IMG/VR virus record: IMGVR_UViG_3300005805_000133
Span: 1-48,158 of that record
DNA from: a virus
Taxonomy: Duplodnaviria > Caudoviricetes
Reading direction: 5' to 3' (one strand)
Length of the DNA: 48,158 bases
In this document: one piece after another, positions 20,601 through 32,955 of the stretch
Position numbering within the stretch: position 1 is the first letter of the stretch
Layout of the letters: every line of letters starts with the position of its first letter
Program-made: the position numbers and the translations under genes
The notes under the pieces: generated by a model
Told to the model about the DNA's origin: nothing
What the model saw: only the letters and a program-made list of their open reading frames with translations
The model's database searches: none

Positions 20601-23600
20601 TAATCTACCTAAGGACTCTGCATTATTAGGGTTACCATATAACAGTAAAGTATGGTTAGATGATGATGGTACAGGACGTTGGATAGTCTATAACAAAAAC
20701 GACAACTTTGTATCAAAGACTATTAACTCAATAACTACTCCGGATGACCAAAAGTTAGGTTATAAAATAACAAAAGCAAGCGCCAGTGGATTATTCTTAG
20801 TATCTGCACCGTCATTTGCCAGTGCAGTCAACACAGGTAGTATTTTAGTATATACTGAAACCGGTAATACTGTTGCACAGCGTTTTAGATACGGCGTAAA
20901 CAAAGGGTCAGACACTTATTATACAGGATCTGAAACAGATCTTGGTCAAAGTATTGTATATGATGCTAGACCATTTAATCAAACTGGCTACGGATTAATA
21001 TTTGCAGGTGCACCTGCTGCATCGGGAACAAAATCCAATGACGTTTCTTTGGTACGATACGCTTCTTATACAGGAACAGCCAGTTCTAATCTAGAAGAAG
21101 GTCTAATTTTAGTCAGTTCAGTAGATCCTATTCTAATAGAAGAAGATAGACAGCGTGTTTTACTAAGTCCTTATCCTTCTAGTTATGAACGTTTTGGGCA
21201 GTCAGTATTTCAAATAGGGGATTATCTGTTTGTTGGAGCACCTGGAACTGCGTCTGTGGGAACAGGTACAGTTTATTGTTATTCTTTTAATACTGCTTCA
21301 AGTTCAGTAAACTTTAGTTATGTTGGACAAGTAACTACTTCTACCTTAACTTCAGGTAGTAGATATGGCACAGTTGTACATGGAGATGATAATGGAACTG
21401 TAATAGCTATTTCAGCTCCTGGTTATAATTCTAATACAGGTTTAGTTTCACTTTTTAATGGTACACCTACTAATCATTTACAAAATCTTACATCTCCTTT
21501 CGGAGCTAATGCTAGATTTGGTGAAGAACTTAGAGTAAGCTCAGATGGAACATATATATTTGTATCTGCTCCTGATGCTAGAGATGCAGACCAATCTTAT
21601 GGTAAGGTTGCTGTGTACAAGAAAACTAACACAGGGTACACTTTACTACAAACTGTATCTAATCCCGTGCCAAGAGTAGGCATGAAGTTTGGACAGTCTA
21701 TTGATATTAATAGTGATAATACTGAGCTTGTTGTAAGTGCATTAGGAAGTAATAGAAAAGTAAGTTTAACTTTTGATAAGTTTAGTGTATTATTAGAAAA
21801 CTATATTAATGATTCTGACAGTGACGAGAATGAAGAAGCAACTACGTTTGATAGTGGGTCTACAAACTTTTATGACACCGTAATATATAGTGGATCTGCC
21901 TACATTTATAATAGAAAGAATTCATTATTTAGGTTAGCAGATGAACTAGGTCCTGTGGATATTAATACCGGAACTAACTATGGGTACAGTGTAGCAGTCA
22001 ATAACAACTCTATCTATGTAGGTGCTCCTGCATTTAGAAATAGAACATTGCCTGATGATGCTAGAAGTGCATTTTATCAGTTTTATAAAAAAGATACTAC
22101 GGCAAAAAGTTGGAACGTCCTGAGAGAACAAGACGATCCTGTCGATGTTACAACTATCAAACGTGTAAGTTTATTGGATTCATATAAAGAAGAAATAATT
22201 GATTACTTAGATGTTATAGATCCTATAAAAGGAAAAATTGCAGGCATTGCAGATGAAGATATAAGATATAGATCATTGTTAGACCCTGCAGTTTATGCTA
22301 TAGGATTAGATACTACAGTTAATGATCCTAATACATCTTGGGGCGACAGTCACGTCGGTGAGCTATGGTGGGATTTGAGCACTGTAAAATATGTAATTTA
22401 TGAGCAGGGCGATTTAATGTATAGGAAAAACAACTGGGGTAGACTGTTTCCCGGTTGTACAATAGATGTGTATGAATGGGTAGCAAGCGAACTTTTACCT
22501 AGTGAATGGGCTGCACAGGCAGATACTCCACTAGGTCTAACACAGGGTGTCAGCGGACAGCCTAAGTATCCTGATGATAGTGTGTTAAGTGTGAGACAAG
22601 TTTATAATCCTATTAATAATAGTTTTACCAATATCTATTATTATTGGGTTAAGAACAAAATCACTGTACCTGATGTTAAAAATAGAAGAATCAGTGCTTA
22701 CCAAGCAGCAAGTATTATTGAAAATCCTACATTATATGGTCTAAGATTTGCCAGTATATTAGATAGCGATGCTGTTTCTGTATCTAATGTTGGTAACTTG
22801 TTAATAGGTGATAGAATTAATTTGAATATTGCTACTGATGTAATAGATAATCCTATTCCAAAACATACTGAATGGTTATTATTGCAAGAAGGTTCAGCTA
22901 CCAGTGTTCCTAATTCATTACTTGAGAAAAAACTTTTTGACAGTCTACTTGGTCACGATAGTCTTGGCAATCCGGTACCAGATCCTGCGCTAAGTGTTAG
23001 ACAGCGTTATGGTATTGAAATTCGTCCACGTCAATCTATGTTTAAAGATAGGTTAGCTGCTCTTAGAAATCTTATAGAGTTCGCTAATGATGTTCTTGCA
23101 GAAACAATCACGGTAGGTACGTTTAGTTTTAACAATCTAGATAAACAAGAAGAAATACCTGACCAGTTTAGCGGCGAGTATGACCAGATTGTAGAAGATA
23201 ATGAAGGACTTTTACTGATAGATGTTAGAAATTTTGTAAGGGCACATCTAAGTTGTACAGTTTATAACGGTAAGATTAGAGCTGTTAATATTGACAATCC
23301 TGGCTTTGGCTACAAACTTGCTCCTAAAATAACAGTTAGTGCTGATCAAGGTGTAGAACTACGTTCTACAATAAATGACTTAGGACAGATAGTTTCTGTT
23401 GAAATCGTAAATGCTGGAAACTTGTTCACCGAAGCACCTAGTTTAACTGTAAGATCATATAGTGTAGTGGTCCAGGTTGATAATGAATACAATGGAAAAT
23501 GGACAAAGTTTGTTTATGATGTCAATACATCAACATGGATTCGCGAACGTACTCAACAATATAATACAACATTGTATTGGGATAAGATAGATTGGGTAAG

Positions 23601-26600
23601 CAGCGACTACAATCAATATAAAGATTATGCATACACAGTAAATGAGATTTATGATTTACAGAGACTAGAAGATATTGTAACCGGTGATTATGTAAAAGTA
23701 CGCAATGCAGGACTGGGCACATATATTATATTAGAAAAATCAGATACTGTTGGCTCTTTCGGTAACGGTTATAACTTGTTATATGTAGAGCAAGGAACCA
23801 TTAGAATAAAAGATGATATTTGGAACTATGCTAATAGTGCATTAACTTTTGATAATCAAAATAGTTTTGACCAAACACTATATGATCAAACTCCTGATAA
23901 AGAACTAGAATATATATTAACAGCTCTTAAGGAAGATTTGTTTATAAATGATTTGAAAGTTAACTGGAACTTGTTTTTCTTTAAAGCAGTTAAGTATGCT
24001 TTCCAAGAACAAAAACTTGTTGATTGGGCATTTAAGACTTCATTTATTAATGTAACTAACTATGCAGGATCTTTGGATCAAAGGCCTGTATATAAGCTAC
24101 AAAATAGCAGTTATTATGAAGATTATCTAAAAGAAGTTAAACCGTTCCATACACAGATAAGAAACTTCGTTACTAACCATACATTATTAGAACCGAGTAG
24201 AACTTATACAACTGATTTTGATTTACCTTCTGTGTACGATAGAGATTTAGACAAGTTTAGAACAGTAGGATTAGGAGATGATGAGCTAGCAGATTACCCA
24301 TGGAAGTCTTGGGCTGATAGCTATACATTCGGCATTGGTAGTATTACAGTAAGTGATCCAGGTATAGGTTATATATCTGCTCCTACAGTTACCATAGTTG
24401 CACAGACTGGAGATTCCGGGACAGGAGCAGAGGCTATTGCATATGTAAGATCCGGAGAAGTTGTAGAGTTTGTAATCACTAATGAAGGTACTGGATATAA
24501 AGTTCCTCCAATAGTTTATATCACAGGGGGTGGTTCAACAGTAACTAAAACTGCTGTAGGCTATGCACAGCTTGCCAATAGAAAGGTTAGAGAACTAACT
24601 GTTGGTATGAAGTTTGATAGAATCAGTAGAAGTCCTGTCATAAATGACCTAGACAGCACAGATAGATTCTTATGTAATGGAAGTGATACTGAGTTTGTGT
24701 TAACATGGTTGGCATTGCCAGATAAAAACTTAATCACTGTAACTTTAGATGGCAATCTTGTACTGAGCAGTGACTATACAGTAGAATATTTTGAAAACTA
24801 TCTAGGAGACCTAGAAGAATATAATAAAAAATATTGTAAGATTGTATTATTAAACACAGTTCCTATAGCAGGACAACTGTTACAGGTTTCATATCATAAA
24901 AACATAGAAATATTAAACGCAGTTGATAGAATAACTTACTATTACGAACCTGTTAGTGGTATGCCCGGAAAAGATTTGTCTCAGGTCATGGACGGCATAG
25001 TTTATCCTAAGACACGCATCGAAGGTTTAATGTTTGATTATACAACTAAATGGGGCAGTTTTTATACATTACGTGATAGATCAGGTAACGAGGCTAATAC
25101 TTCCAGTTATGGGATAAGTTCTTGGGCAGACGATATTGGATATTATGATAGTATTTCTATATTGTCAACGGCTACTGTAGGAACAGATACAGTTGTCTTA
25201 TCAACTACTACAGGCATCGTTGTGGGACAGTTTGCAAACATAGTTAGTAGCAATCCTAGTTTAACTACAGCTACCTTATTCTATAGTCAGTTAGCATATA
25301 GCGATACATCAGTTAGAGTGGATAGTATAAACACTGCCTCACGTAGCGTTAAATTTAGTTCTACAATAACAAATACTTTATCAAGTATTCCAAGGACTAC
25401 ATTGGTAAACGGTACATTAACCACTGTTTACAGTATAGGATACGTTGAGTTTTGGAGTTATGATTCTGAAACTACAATATTAGATAGTGCTATATACGGA
25501 GGAACATGGAGTACAGGGACTAGAATCGCCGCTTTAGGAATAAATCCAGAAGATATTTCTATTGTGGGGGATGGATTTATCACGCCTAACACAAGTTATG
25601 CTCCTGAAGAATTAGTTCCCGGTGAGATAAATGAAAGTGTAGGTATAAATGTTTATACTAAAAATCCAGAAGGTGCGCCTGTAATAGTCAGTAGTTATTT
25701 TGAGATAGAAGCAGCAACTACTTCTACCAGAAAATTAAGTATTGTTCCTCCAAACTATGCAAGTATTAATGTAGTTTATGAAGGTGAAATATTTAGATAT
25801 AACTCTACTACTAACTTTACAAATACCAGTCAGTTTACAATAAACTGGGCAACTAATGAAATTATTATTCCACCTCAATCGTCTAGCGGACAGTTGGGCT
25901 ATTCTATTGTAAGTATCGGTGGTGGTAGGGATAGCATTGAAGCCGGAGTGATTGATAACGCTACATTAACTGTGAATACTGTTAATACTACAAGTGAATA
26001 TACAAGTGTACAGTTACAGAGTTTGTCTATTCTTGGAACTGTAAAAAGCGCATATGTTACTGTAAATGGTGTAGGTATTCCACAGGTAACAACTACAACT
26101 AGTTATGGCTATATGCTGGGAACTGCCAGTGAAGGAAGTTCAAGAGCTGCTGTTAATGTATACAATCTTCCAGAAGGTACTAACACTGTTACAGCTTGGT
26201 TCTTTGGTACAACTAATAGATACTATAATGAAGTTGCTGAACAGGTATTTTCTTGGACAGTTACTACTACAGCATTTACTCTAGCTATGCCTCCAGGGAC
26301 TATAGAACCCGCAGCAGGGCAAATGATTGTAGAGTTGACTGACTCTATTGGCAGAAGAATATTAAGACCACCTCATATTGTTTATTATGAAGTATTAAAT
26401 CCTTCTGTAACAACTTATTCGATAGATAATACAGGAACATTAGACTATAGTAGTGTTAGAGTATACCTTAATGGACGTATGTTAGATAGTATATTTGATT
26501 TTACCATAGTTGGCGGTAATGTAAGTTTTAGCCTAGGATTATCATTAAGGGATGTTATTGCTATAGAAAGTGCTCCTGTTGATAATGTAGACTACGACTA

Positions 26601-27960
26601 TACCTATAGCAGTAATACATTAACATTAACTTCTGCAGCCTCAACATCTACTGGAGAGCTTAGAGTAATAACCTACACTAATCATGATGACATGCTAATT
26701 AGGACCGAACGGTTCATTGGTGTAGAGAACCGTAGATATAAAATAAGTCGTCCAGCACTGGATCAAGATTATGTCTGGGTTGTAGTCAACGGCATACCTT
26801 TGGTTAACCATCATGATTATGAACTGTTAGACGATAGTGTAACCGTACAAATCAGTGATGAGTACGAACATTCTAACAGTGATGAAGTTGTTATAACTAG
26901 TATTAGTAGTTCGGTATTAGCGTCAACTATTTTAGGATATAGAATATTCAATGATATCTTTAATAGAACACACTTCAAACGATTAAGTAAAGAGAATACA
27001 ACTTACTTAACTAAGGAGTTATTTTTCTCTGATACCAGTATTCAGGTGGCAGACGCTAGTGTGTTAACACAGCCTATTCCTAGCAAAAATATTCCTGGTG
27101 TAGTCATAATAGATGGTGAAAGAATAGAGTTCTTCCAAGTGAATAATAATGTATTAAGTCAGTTGAGAAGAAGCACTTTAGGAACTGCTCCTAGTTTTTA
27201 TTCAGAAACTATGTCTAAGGTTATTGACCAAGGTCCAGACCAAACAGTTCCATTTGAAGAAAACCATTACAGGCAAGATCAGATTACTGAATATGCGGTG
27301 AATGAATATCCTATTATAACAGTTGACCATGTAATTAATACTGGTACGCATCATCAGTTTGCTAACGACGGTATCACTTTGTCTGCTGCCATTAATCCAA
27401 CGGATCAAATACTAGTTTATTATGGAGGACGTCCACTTAGAAAAGCAGGAGTATTTACACATGACATAACATTAAGTTATGATAGTCCTGTATTAACAGA
27501 TGTGTACACAACATCTACTACATCTGGTCTACCGTATACAGAAGTTTTAGGTACTGCTTACATTGTGACAGCCACAAACTATGTATGGGTATATACCAAA
27601 TCTAACAAGTCTGATGCTGTTAACGGATACGAATATACAGGATTAAGATACTTGCCACCTGAGTTTTCTGTGAACACAACTACAAATGAAATAGTATTAA
27701 ATATTGAAGAAGGAGTTCAGGAAGGTATTAAGTTGACTATAATAAAGAGAGATTTTGCTAGAACTGCTGTTTGGAATACAGAAGAAACAACTAGCACCAC
27801 TGTTTCTCTAATGCAAAGTGAGACAACACCTGCAAGATTTTTACAGGCTAGACCTGCAGAACTACCAGACAAATACTACTATGGAGGTGATCCAGCTCTA
27901 ACTGAAGACAGCGGATTTGCCATACTTGATGAAGATAATGACCCGCTAGAAGGATATTGA
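14695..27960 (+). CDS. Giant (4421 aa) multidomain baseplate/virion structural protein in the gp7 position
   Basis: Uninterrupted 13.3 kb ORF after gp6. It has LLPEFF at the N-terminus, FIREKGT, VKPFHT, FG-GAP-like repeats, PG.GY..AP repeats and VYLNG beta-sandwich repeats. Confidence 0.8.
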   Translation: MAERTIKSVNLLPEFFRTEKNSKFLASTIDQLIQPPKLERLDGYVGSTDTPNYNSTSDIYIVESSPLRQNYQLEPALVVKDSLGEVKDVIGIDDLTNQIAYYNGSVDNFDKLYNPSFYSYDPQIDLDKFVNYQQYYWLVNGPDAVTITGSQLNSTSTFTVIDNSLETSFIFTPDSLTEDPLLILYRGNTYHFEVNSVYNFYIKTTASIGGDDQYNTGITNNGTSTGVITFVVDNTTPNVLFYTSGEQVLSGGRIVVKTIAEDSRIDVEEEILGKKSYTSGTGIALTNGLKIRFGGEVYPTYYIDREFYVEGVGAAIKLIACEDLEVAENLSNVHKETFDGELFDSYAFDSSTSLPIKPEYITINRSSRDQNPWSRYNRWFHKDVIDISADANNVEAVYPADKRANRPIIEFYADLKLYNFGSLGLGPVDLIDTVTLDAFSLVEGSAGHHVDGILLQQGNRVIFAADEDDEVRNKIYKVNYLTIDGKLRLELQLDGYPVNESNVVVTSGTEYKGTSWWFDGSNWQFAQQHTSLNQAPLFDLFDKDGLSYSDVSQKSSFTGNQIFGYEVGQGSNDPVLGFPLKYRNSSGVGSYLFKNYFSNDTISQAVSFDQTIFISTDNTFVRYSKSTGHEYTNVWKDVVAYTIPDTNGVYEPPLGLTNNPLNDRLGSLTLSQISDHLGTMVDRAPDFQGVFPGSSNLRDLTDLIKYGTRLVAHINPISFASFFIGKKEHDVIAALDLAADQYNQFKLAFINKIADASQLGSPRNVIDAVLTELNNDKDLLTPYYYSDMVGYGTDKVTRTWTVVNTSNTIYPIGADFTLTELSARSVLVYLNGEQLTYGYDYTFIANDSSVQFLINLELDDEIVIDDYISTEGCFIPSTPTKLGIYPKFQPKKYLDTSYVDATYVIQCHDGSIIKAYDDYRDELILELEKRIYNNIKVEYRPEVLDCNLANIGGFRDNKFTFAQIERIINKDFLKWTAAYGINPYDNSSFDEYESRTFNFYQSYLSVIDSNLKGSWRSIFKFLYDTDRPNIAPWEMLGFSQEPLWWEDEYGPAPYTSGNDILWEDLEAGRIRQGDRQGIASFYARPGLSSIVPVDDSGDLIDPMLLAGNVTEANRRKPWIFGDQGPAETAWRKSSYWPFVIQKILALTSPASYASLMYDPARLVYNLSNQLVYSVSDSFLDLRTVSVYRHTSNLASGYGVYVVEAGQQRNREYISNLVNDLTYVDFNLFYKVGGFINKSKTQIIIDAIDPTSSSPGAILPQEDYKLILNTSNVIKSTALSGIIVQKLEDKFVVRGYDSKDPYFTMYRPFRSSTGQAITVGGTTEPYVTWKPQSALTSGQGSQLSDAELTNAVASSSTIYYTKGQIVLYKNQYYRTKVTHKSTTEFVEDYFQRLQELPIKGGTTVQTISRFEQDLIVIPYGTVFNTAQEVYDLILGYGKWLEGQGFIFDDFNTDLNSVIDWSFTAKEFLYWTTQNWSSNSVITLSPFADKIKFKLSNSVVDDIFNSFYEYSLLQANGVPFPKENVSVNREDGLCTITTLSTTDGIYYVRLNNVQKEHAIVFNNSTMFNDTIYDIASGYRQRRMKVVGFRTKNWDGDFFSPGFLYDTAYITNWKSYTNYKNGDIVKFGSKYYSAKTNVIGTEKFDFNKWVLLGERPVADLLPNFDYKINQFEDFYSLDIDNFDAAQQKMAQHLIGYTPRTYLNNIFTNPVSQYKFYQGFIREKGTRNAVSRLAKATLRNLQGEINFTEEWAFRIGHFGSFETFKEYEFPLKEGQFIENPQVINFVETQPTEPNDLIFYSTASDRLIVPDNYDYSKTFVTTSSQDVFKLQTAGYVRFDDIDITALNQDTILDIDNNRNIKQGDYVWIASKRNGDWDVYRYTLTPARILSSYMEPATVNQMTFITKGMHRLAVGDLVSISQFDEQVNGIYLVTDIPKLNRFTIEFVQDIFISEIVPTSPGLLFKFEGCRYEDFDNLPKDSALLGLPYNSKVWLDDDGTGRWIVYNKNDNFVSKTINSITTPDDQKLGYKITKASASGLFLVSAPSFASAVNTGSILVYTETGNTVAQRFRYGVNKGSDTYYTGSETDLGQSIVYDARPFNQTGYGLIFAGAPAASGTKSNDVSLVRYASYTGTASSNLEEGLILVSSVDPILIEEDRQRVLLSPYPSSYERFGQSVFQIGDYLFVGAPGTASVGTGTVYCYSFNTASSSVNFSYVGQVTTSTLTSGSRYGTVVHGDDNGTVIAISAPGYNSNTGLVSLFNGTPTNHLQNLTSPFGANARFGEELRVSSDGTYIFVSAPDARDADQSYGKVAVYKKTNTGYTLLQTVSNPVPRVGMKFGQSIDINSDNTELVVSALGSNRKVSLTFDKFSVLLENYINDSDSDENEEATTFDSGSTNFYDTVIYSGSAYIYNRKNSLFRLADELGPVDINTGTNYGYSVAVNNNSIYVGAPAFRNRTLPDDARSAFYQFYKKDTTAKSWNVLREQDDPVDVTTIKRVSLLDSYKEEIIDYLDVIDPIKGKIAGIADEDIRYRSLLDPAVYAIGLDTTVNDPNTSWGDSHVGELWWDLSTVKYVIYEQGDLMYRKNNWGRLFPGCTIDVYEWVASELLPSEWAAQADTPLGLTQGVSGQPKYPDDSVLSVRQVYNPINNSFTNIYYYWVKNKITVPDVKNRRISAYQAASIIENPTLYGLRFASILDSDAVSVSNVGNLLIGDRINLNIATDVIDNPIPKHTEWLLLQEGSATSVPNSLLEKKLFDSLLGHDSLGNPVPDPALSVRQRYGIEIRPRQSMFKDRLAALRNLIEFANDVLAETITVGTFSFNNLDKQEEIPDQFSGEYDQIVEDNEGLLLIDVRNFVRAHLSCTVYNGKIRAVNIDNPGFGYKLAPKITVSADQGVELRSTINDLGQIVSVEIVNAGNLFTEAPSLTVRSYSVVVQVDNEYNGKWTKFVYDVNTSTWIRERTQQYNTTLYWDKIDWVSSDYNQYKDYAYTVNEIYDLQRLEDIVTGDYVKVRNAGLGTYIILEKSDTVGSFGNGYNLLYVEQGTIRIKDDIWNYANSALTFDNQNSFDQTLYDQTPDKELEYILTALKEDLFINDLKVNWNLFFFKAVKYAFQEQKLVDWAFKTSFINVTNYAGSLDQRPVYKLQNSSYYEDYLKEVKPFHTQIRNFVTNHTLLEPSRTYTTDFDLPSVYDRDLDKFRTVGLGDDELADYPWKSWADSYTFGIGSITVSDPGIGYISAPTVTIVAQTGDSGTGAEAIAYVRSGEVVEFVITNEGTGYKVPPIVYITGGGSTVTKTAVGYAQLANRKVRELTVGMKFDRISRSPVINDLDSTDRFLCNGSDTEFVLTWLALPDKNLITVTLDGNLVLSSDYTVEYFENYLGDLEEYNKKYCKIVLLNTVPIAGQLLQVSYHKNIEILNAVDRITYYYEPVSGMPGKDLSQVMDGIVYPKTRIEGLMFDYTTKWGSFYTLRDRSGNEANTSSYGISSWADDIGYYDSISILSTATVGTDTVVLSTTTGIVVGQFANIVSSNPSLTTATLFYSQLAYSDTSVRVDSINTASRSVKFSSTITNTLSSIPRTTLVNGTLTTVYSIGYVEFWSYDSETTILDSAIYGGTWSTGTRIAALGINPEDISIVGDGFITPNTSYAPEELVPGEINESVGINVYTKNPEGAPVIVSSYFEIEAATTSTRKLSIVPPNYASINVVYEGEIFRYNSTTNFTNTSQFTINWATNEIIIPPQSSSGQLGYSIVSIGGGRDSIEAGVIDNATLTVNTVNTTSEYTSVQLQSLSILGTVKSAYVTVNGVGIPQVTTTTSYGYMLGTASEGSSRAAVNVYNLPEGTNTVTAWFFGTTNRYYNEVAEQVFSWTVTTTAFTLAMPPGTIEPAAGQMIVELTDSIGRRILRPPHIVYYEVLNPSVTTYSIDNTGTLDYSSVRVYLNGRMLDSIFDFTIVGGNVSFSLGLSLRDVIAIESAPVDNVDYDYTYSSNTLTLTSAASTSTGELRVITYTNHDDMLIRTERFIGVENRRYKISRPALDQDYVWVVVNGIPLVNHHDYELLDDSVTVQISDEYEHSNSDEVVITSISSSVLASTILGYRIFNDIFNRTHFKRLSKENTTYLTKELFFSDTSIQVADASVLTQPIPSKNIPGVVIIDGERIEFFQVNNNVLSQLRRSTLGTAPSFYSETMSKVIDQGPDQTVPFEENHYRQDQITEYAVNEYPIITVDHVINTGTHHQFANDGITLSAAINPTDQILVYYGGRPLRKAGVFTHDITLSYDSPVLTDVYTTSTTSGLPYTEVLGTAYIVTATNYVWVYTKSNKSDAVNGYEYTGLRYLPPEFSVNTTTNEIVLNIEEGVQEGIKLTIIKRDFARTAVWNTEETTSTTVSLMQSETTPARFLQARPAELPDKYYYGGDPALTEDSGFAILDEDNDPLEGY

Positions 27961-27961
27961 T

Positions 27962-28846
27962 ATGCCAAAGATAACGCAGTTACCAACAATTAATACAGCA
28001 TCTACGTCGACAACGTATTTTGTTGTGGCAGACGGAGGCATTGCCAAAAGGATTCAATTCCAAAAGTTTGCGGATCAGATTAGCCAGGCAGACTTAATGG
28101 GTGCTACAGGTCCTACTGGTCCGTCTGGAACGAGTATAACAGGTCCTAGCGGACCAAGTGGACCGAGTGGTGTTAGCAATATTCCAGGTCCAACCGGTCC
28201 TAGTGGACCATCCGGATCTATAGGTTTCACAGGTTTTACAGGCTCAACTGGACCGCAAGGACCACAAGGACCTAGCGGAGTAAGTATTACAGGTCCACAA
28301 GGACCACAAGGAATAGACGGTCCTCAAGGCGCTACTGGTCCTCAAGGACCACAAGGACCTAGCGGAGCCACAGGTGACCCTGGAGGTGCAACTGGTCCAC
28401 AAGGACCGCAGGGACCACAAGGACCGCAGGGTGTGATTGGGCCGCAAGGACCACAAGGACCGCAAGGATCGACTGGTCCACAAGGTCCGACAGGTGCTAA
28501 TGGCGTTAGAGGTAGTATTGGACCTACTGGACCACAAGGACCACAAGGGCCTACTGGAGCAGATAGTTCTGTAGCAGGACCACAAGGACCTCAGGGTGTT
28601 ATTGGACCTGCTGGGGCTACCGGTCCTCAAGGACCACAAGGGCCTGAAGGACCACAAGGACCACAAGGACCGCAAGGTGTTGTTGGGCCACAAGGACCAC
28701 AAGGACCTTCTACGCTAACTGTTGTTAGTGTACCTGTTTCTAGCACTAGTACTGGAGTAGTAGGAGAAATAGCCTACGATTCTAACTTTGTTTACATATG
28801 TGTTGGTGCCAATACATGGAGACGTGTGTTTGCCAGCGCATTTTAA
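27962..28846 (+). CDS. Collagen-like fibre protein
   Basis: About 200 aa of Gly-X-Y (mostly GPQ/GPT/GPS/GAT) between an N-terminal KITQLP motif and a short C-terminal [16 protein letters not shown] domain. Confidence 0.9.
   Translation: MPKITQLPTINTASTSTTYFVVADGGIAKRIQFQKFADQISQADLMGATGPTGPSGTSITGPSGPSGPSGVSNIPGPTGPSGPSGSIGFTGFTGSTGPQGPQGPSGVSITGPQGPQGIDGPQGATGPQGPQGPSGATGDPGGATGPQGPQGPQGPQGVIGPQGPQGPQGSTGPQGPTGANGVRGSIGPTGPQGPQGPTGADSSVAGPQGPQGVIGPAGATGPQGPQGPEGPQGPQGPQGVVGPQGPQGPSTLTVVSVPVSSTSTGVVGEIAYDSNFVYICVGANTWRRVFASAF
28100..28710 (+). repeat. 9-bp-period coding repeat (GGACCACAA / GGACCGCAA) encoding collagen triplets
   Basis: Visible tandem copies, for example ggaccacaaggaccacaaggaccgcaagg near 28648-28677. 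Confidence 0.9.
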
Positions 28847-28850
28847 TTAG

Positions 28851-28858
28851 TATAAATA
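28851..28858 (+). promoter_or_regulatory. T4-consensus late promoter
   Basis: Exact TATAAATA in the intergenic gap, 5 nt before the ATG at 28864. Confidence 0.7.
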
Positions 28859-28863
28859 TCATT

Positions 28864-29526
28864 ATGGAAATTCCTAACAACATGAACAACCAACCTAAAC
28901 CAGATATAAAGCCCGAAAAGAAGCCTAATGAGCAGGGCAACATCGGTGTTCAGGGACATATAAAAATATTTGATCCACAAACTAAAGAAGTTTTCATAGA
29001 TAAACGTAATGCTATACATTATGAAAACTTTAGTTTAGCACTTGCACGTAGTCTTAGTAATCAAGGCTATGGTATGATAGCTGAAATGGCATTTGGTAAT
29101 GGTGGTACTAGAGTTGACGAAACTGGAATCATAACATATCTTACACCCAATACTGTAGGTGTTAATGCATCGTTATACAATCAAACATATTATAAAACTG
29201 TGGATGCAAGGCAGGCTAGTAGTATAGATCCGGCACGAAATTTTATGGAAGTAAGGCATGTGCTTGGCACACCGTATAGTGATATTCTAGTTAGTTGTTT
29301 ATTAGATTTTGGTGAACCAAGTGGACAGGCTGCATTTGATAACGCTACGAATAGTGATGGTACATTTGTTTTTGACGAACTAGGTTTAAAAGCCTACAGT
29401 GCAGATGGAGCAGGATTAGGTGATTTACTGACCCATGTTATTTTCCATCCTGTACAAAAATCCTTAAACAGGATGATTCAGATAGATTATACAGTCAGGA
29501 TACAAAGCCTGTCTAATGGGATTTGA
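28864..29526 (+). CDS. Conserved baseplate/tail-fibre attachment-type structural protein
   Basis: Start moved from 28798 to the first ATG after the collagen gene stop (28882 is an alternative). GHIKI.D, N.I, MAFGNGG, FDELGL and THVIFHPVQKS.NR..IDYT motifs; lies within the tail module. Confidence 0.65.
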   Translation: MEIPNNMNNQPKPDIKPEKKPNEQGNIGVQGHIKIFDPQTKEVFIDKRNAIHYENFSLALARSLSNQGYGMIAEMAFGNGGTRVDETGIITYLTPNTVGVNASLYNQTYYKTVDARQASSIDPARNFMEVRHVLGTPYSDILVSCLLDFGEPSGQAAFDNATNSDGTFVFDELGLKAYSADGAGLGDLLTHVIFHPVQKSLNRMIQIDYTVRIQSLSNGI

Positions 29527-29528
29527 TT

Positions 29529-31001
29529 ATGGCGTATGTATTAAACTTTTCAGATCCTAGTAACACTAGCACTGTGGTCATTCCTGCAATGCCGCCAGGA
29601 ATAAACAGTGTTGATACAAGTCTAAAACTTGTGGGCAGAGGATATCCTAACTACGGTGAAGCATATGCTGAAAACTTTTTACACCTTTTAGAGAACTTTG
29701 CCGGTCCAATACCTCCTGAAAATCCAATAGAAGGTCAGCTATGGTACGACACAAGTGATACAAATAGAAAAGTTCTACGGGTCATGGACGGTACAGCCAC
29801 AGCTACACGTTGGCCTAATGCCACAGGCATTTATCAGCAAGGAACAGATCCTAGCCTTAGCCCTGTTGCAGGATTGAAGAATGGCGACATATGGGTAGAC
29901 ACTTCTAACAATCAACTTAAAATTTACAATAGTAACCAGTGGATCACAGTAGGTCCTAGTGTAGGCACATTAAGCAAGACTGGATCGGAAATACATAGAT
30001 TTATAGATAGTACAGATGCGACTCAGTCATATTATTGTATTTTAAACTGGGCTAACGGTTACGTTGTATCTGTTATAAGCGCAGTTCAAGAGTTTACTCC
30101 TACAACCTATCCTAGTGGTATGCAAGGATTTACTAGTATAAAACCTGGCATTACAATGACAACTAGATTATTAGGATCTGCAAGTCATACATTTTATGGC
30201 ACAGCAGAAAATGCTAATAAGCTAGGAGATCAACTAGCAGAAAACTATCTTTTGAAAAATGACAGTACTACAGCAGGGCAGCAGATTACAGGTAAAGTAG
30301 TTTATGTTACACCAAGCACAGCTGGTGCGCAGGGTAGAGATGGCGTATTAGTGAGAGTCTCTGGTACGTCTGCTAACGATTATATTCAGTTTTATAAAGA
30401 TAGTTCGGACGCCGTAATTTATAACAATAAATCAGGCGGTAAAATAAACTTCAAAACATATGGAGTTACATTACCTAGATTAAGTGTTGATAAAGATCTC
30501 ATTACAGTTAATACTAATACAGTTATTAATGGAACGTTATCTGTCTCTAACACAGCTACAGTAGTGTCTTTAGTTAGTTCAGGTGATGCAGCTATAGGTA
30601 ATAACCTTGATGTAACAGGTAATGTTAGGGTAACAGGAGTTACTACTCTTACAAATACATTAGTAACTGGCAATGTTAGACCCACAACTTCTACTAATAC
30701 TATAGGCACAAAGAGTTTGCCTTACCAGAATATTCATGCGGTTAATGTTTATGCTCAAAACTACCTCGAGCAACCAGGTACATTAAGACTATGGGCAGGG
30801 TCTACAGCTACTACTTTACCTGAAGGATGGATGTTCTGTACTGGCACGAGTTTAAGCACTTCAACTTATAGTGATTTATTTTCAGTTATAGGATATCATT
30901 ATGGCGGTTCTACTGCTACTTTTTATATTCCTAATCTTAGTGTAACTTCACCGTTGCCTACTAGCGGAACTACTACAACTTATTATATTATTAAGACTTA
31001 A
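29529..31001 (+). CDS. Tail fibre protein with a C-terminal tail-collar-like domain
   Basis: ATG at 29529. N-terminal TSL.LVG..Y..YGE...ENFL.LLENFA...P..P..GQLWYD module; C-terminal PEGW.FC.G..LS...YSDLF.VIG..YGG..TF.IPNL. Confidence 0.8.
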   Translation: MAYVLNFSDPSNTSTVVIPAMPPGINSVDTSLKLVGRGYPNYGEAYAENFLHLLENFAGPIPPENPIEGQLWYDTSDTNRKVLRVMDGTATATRWPNATGIYQQGTDPSLSPVAGLKNGDIWVDTSNNQLKIYNSNQWITVGPSVGTLSKTGSEIHRFIDSTDATQSYYCILNWANGYVVSVISAVQEFTPTTYPSGMQGFTSIKPGITMTTRLLGSASHTFYGTAENANKLGDQLAENYLLKNDSTTAGQQITGKVVYVTPSTAGAQGRDGVLVRVSGTSANDYIQFYKDSSDAVIYNNKSGGKINFKTYGVTLPRLSVDKDLITVNTNTVINGTLSVSNTATVVSLVSSGDAAIGNNLDVTGNVRVTGVTTLTNTLVTGNVRPTTSTNTIGTKSLPYQNIHAVNVYAQNYLEQPGTLRLWAGSTATTLPEGWMFCTGTSLSTSTYSDLFSVIGYHYGGSTATFYIPNLSVTSPLPTSGTTTTYYIIKT

Positions 31002-31002
31002 C

Positions 31003-31761
31003 ATGGCCTATACTATTTCTAATACCGACGGTACTACCCTTGTTACATTAGGGGATAGAACTATTGACAGAACAACTACCAGTTTGACTTTGGTAGGTAA
31101 AAACTACAGCGGCTATGGTGAGTTCATTAATAATAATTTTATTAAGTTATTAGCTAACTCTGCCAGCAGTTCTAGCAGTCCTCCAAGAAATCCTTTGAAA
31201 GGACAGCTATGGTATGATACTACTACACAGCGTCTTAAAGTTTATGACGCCGGCTTTAAACCAGTAAGTGGTGCAATTATTTCTGGTGATCAACCTTCAA
31301 ATATCAGCACAGGTGACTTATGGTTTGACACAACTAATGAACAACTTAAAGTAGCTTCTGGTGGTCAAGTTTACACAGTAGGTCCAATATTTCCAAAGTT
31401 TGTAGGCGAAAATGGATGGGTATTACCTTATTTTATTCTAAAAGACTTAGACAGTAACAGTAAAAATGTTACATTGATGAAAAACTTCGGTGAAGTTTTA
31501 GGCTTTGTGGCTAGCGACGAGTTTTTAATAAGTACCTCTACCAACTTCAGTTATATTACTACTGCTACTACCAGTACAGTACGCGGCCTGAATATTTTAG
31601 GTGATATACAAGCTACAGGAAAGGCTATTATAGGATCAGATCCTCCGCCTACTAGAAACTCTACCGGCACAGTTGGAACAATAACTTGGGATACCTCTAG
31701 TGTGTACATTTGTTATGAAACAAATAAATGGGGTAAAATAGATATGAATAAGACTTGGTAA
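31003..31761 (+). CDS. Short fibre / fibre-associated protein (paralogue of its neighbours)
   Basis: Same N-terminal module (TSLTLVGKNYSGYGE, GQLWYD, GDLWFD); C-terminal domain resembles that of the collagen protein. Confidence 0.7.
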   Translation: MAYTISNTDGTTLVTLGDRTIDRTTTSLTLVGKNYSGYGEFINNNFIKLLANSASSSSSPPRNPLKGQLWYDTTTQRLKVYDAGFKPVSGAIISGDQPSNISTGDLWFDTTNEQLKVASGGQVYTVGPIFPKFVGENGWVLPYFILKDLDSNSKNVTLMKNFGEVLGFVASDEFLISTSTNFSYITTATTSTVRGLNILGDIQATGKAIIGSDPPPTRNSTGTVGTITWDTSSVYICYETNKWGKIDMNKTW

Positions 31762-31764
31762 CCT

Positions 31765-32955
31765 ATGCCTTACATTTTAAATAAAACCAATGGTAATAAA
31801 CTAGTAACATTGCAAGATGCTAGTTTAGATATTTCAACTAGCCTGACATTTGTTGGTAGAAACTATTCAGGGTACGGTGAAGTTTTCAATGAAAACTTTT
31901 TAAAGTTATTAGAAAGTTTTTCTAACACCAGCCAACCTGCTAAGCCTATTCAAGGGCAACTATGGTTTGATTCTACAAACAACCAACTTAAGATTAGTAG
32001 AGATGGTAGAACATTTAAAGGTTTAGCTAACTTAACTGTAAAGAGTACGTCTACGCCAGACAATCCTGTTGTAGGTGACCTATGGTGGGATACAGCCAAC
32101 AATCAACTTAGTGCATTTGATGGCAGTACCTTTGTACTAGTAGGACCTTCTGATCCAAGCACTGCTAGAGCAAGTTGGGTTCCTGCAGAAGAAGTAGATA
32201 GTGTTACAAGTACATCATTCCCTGTAATCAAAGGTAAGTTTGGTTCGGATATAATGATTATATTTTCAAAAATATCCGATGAAGTTAGTAGTATATCTCC
32301 TAGTAGTACAGACCTTACGGGATCAAGTAAGTTTGGCAATGGTATTAAAAAAGGTGTTACACTAGTAGGCACAAACTCTAGTGGTAGCAGCAAAGAGAAT
32401 GGCTATTATTTTTGGGGAACTGCTAGCGATAGTTTAAGATCTACAACATCAACTAATGTAACAGTTACAAGTGCTACAAGCGGTGTGTACTATCTTACAT
32501 TTGCTAATGCTATCTCGGGCGATAAAGCTCTATCTACTGATACAGACTTAAGCTATAATGCATCTACTAACGTGTTGAATGTTACAGCTACTTCTGCAAG
32601 ATATGCAGATTTGGCTGAAAAGTATAAACCAGACAGATCATATGCGCCTGGTACTGTAATGACGGTTGGAGGAACAGCAGAAGTTACAGCTAGTAAAGAA
32701 GGTGATAGAGCTATTGGTGTGATTAGCATGTATCCTGCTTACCTAATGAATGAAGGATTAGTTGACGGAATACCTGTTGCATTGAAAGGTCGTGTTCCTG
32801 TTAGGATATTAGGCAGTGTTCGTAAAGGTGACAGGCTAGTTGCTGCCGACCACGGGTGCGCTAGAAGCACACCTCCCGGTCATCCAGATGTATTTGCTAT
32901 TGCTTTGGCTGATAGTGAACCTAATGCTGTTTTTGTAGAAGCAGTTATTCTTTAA
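31765..32955 (+). CDS. Tail fibre protein with a C-terminal intramolecular-chaperone / auto-cleavage (peptidase G2-like) domain
   Basis: Same N-terminal module; C-terminal YADLAE.Y...PGTV...IGVIS..PAYLMN...VALKGRVPV...G.V.KGD.L. Confidence 0.7.
   Translation: MPYILNKTNGNKLVTLQDASLDISTSLTFVGRNYSGYGEVFNENFLKLLESFSNTSQPAKPIQGQLWFDSTNNQLKISRDGRTFKGLANLTVKSTSTPDNPVVGDLWWDTANNQLSAFDGSTFVLVGPSDPSTARASWVPAEEVDSVTSTSFPVIKGKFGSDIMIIFSKISDEVSSISPSSTDLTGSSKFGNGIKKGVTLVGTNSSGSSKENGYYFWGTASDSLRSTTSTNVTVTSATSGVYYLTFANAISGDKALSTDTDLSYNASTNVLNVTATSARYADLAEKYKPDRSYAPGTVMTVGGTAEVTASKEGDRAIGVISMYPAYLMNEGLVDGIPVALKGRVPVRILGSVRKGDRLVAADHGCARSTPPGHPDVFAIALADSEPNAVFVEAVIL

Noticed and set aside
14695-27960. Intein or alternative genetic code explaining the giant ORF
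   Set aside because: I saw no intein splice or LAGLIDADG motifs. TAA, TGA and TAG all end genes at sensible boundaries, and coding density is high under the standard code.
28244-28702. 152-aa minus-strand ORF with SLWSLR repeats
   Set aside because: It is the antisense shadow of the collagen repeat.
28100-28710. Possible CRISPR array
   Set aside because: The period is 9 bp, it is in-frame coding, and there are no unique spacers.
29529-32955. Diversity-generating retroelement or invertible fibre cassette
   Set aside because: No reverse transcriptase, invertase or near-identical template repeat is visible; the similarity is at diverged protein level.
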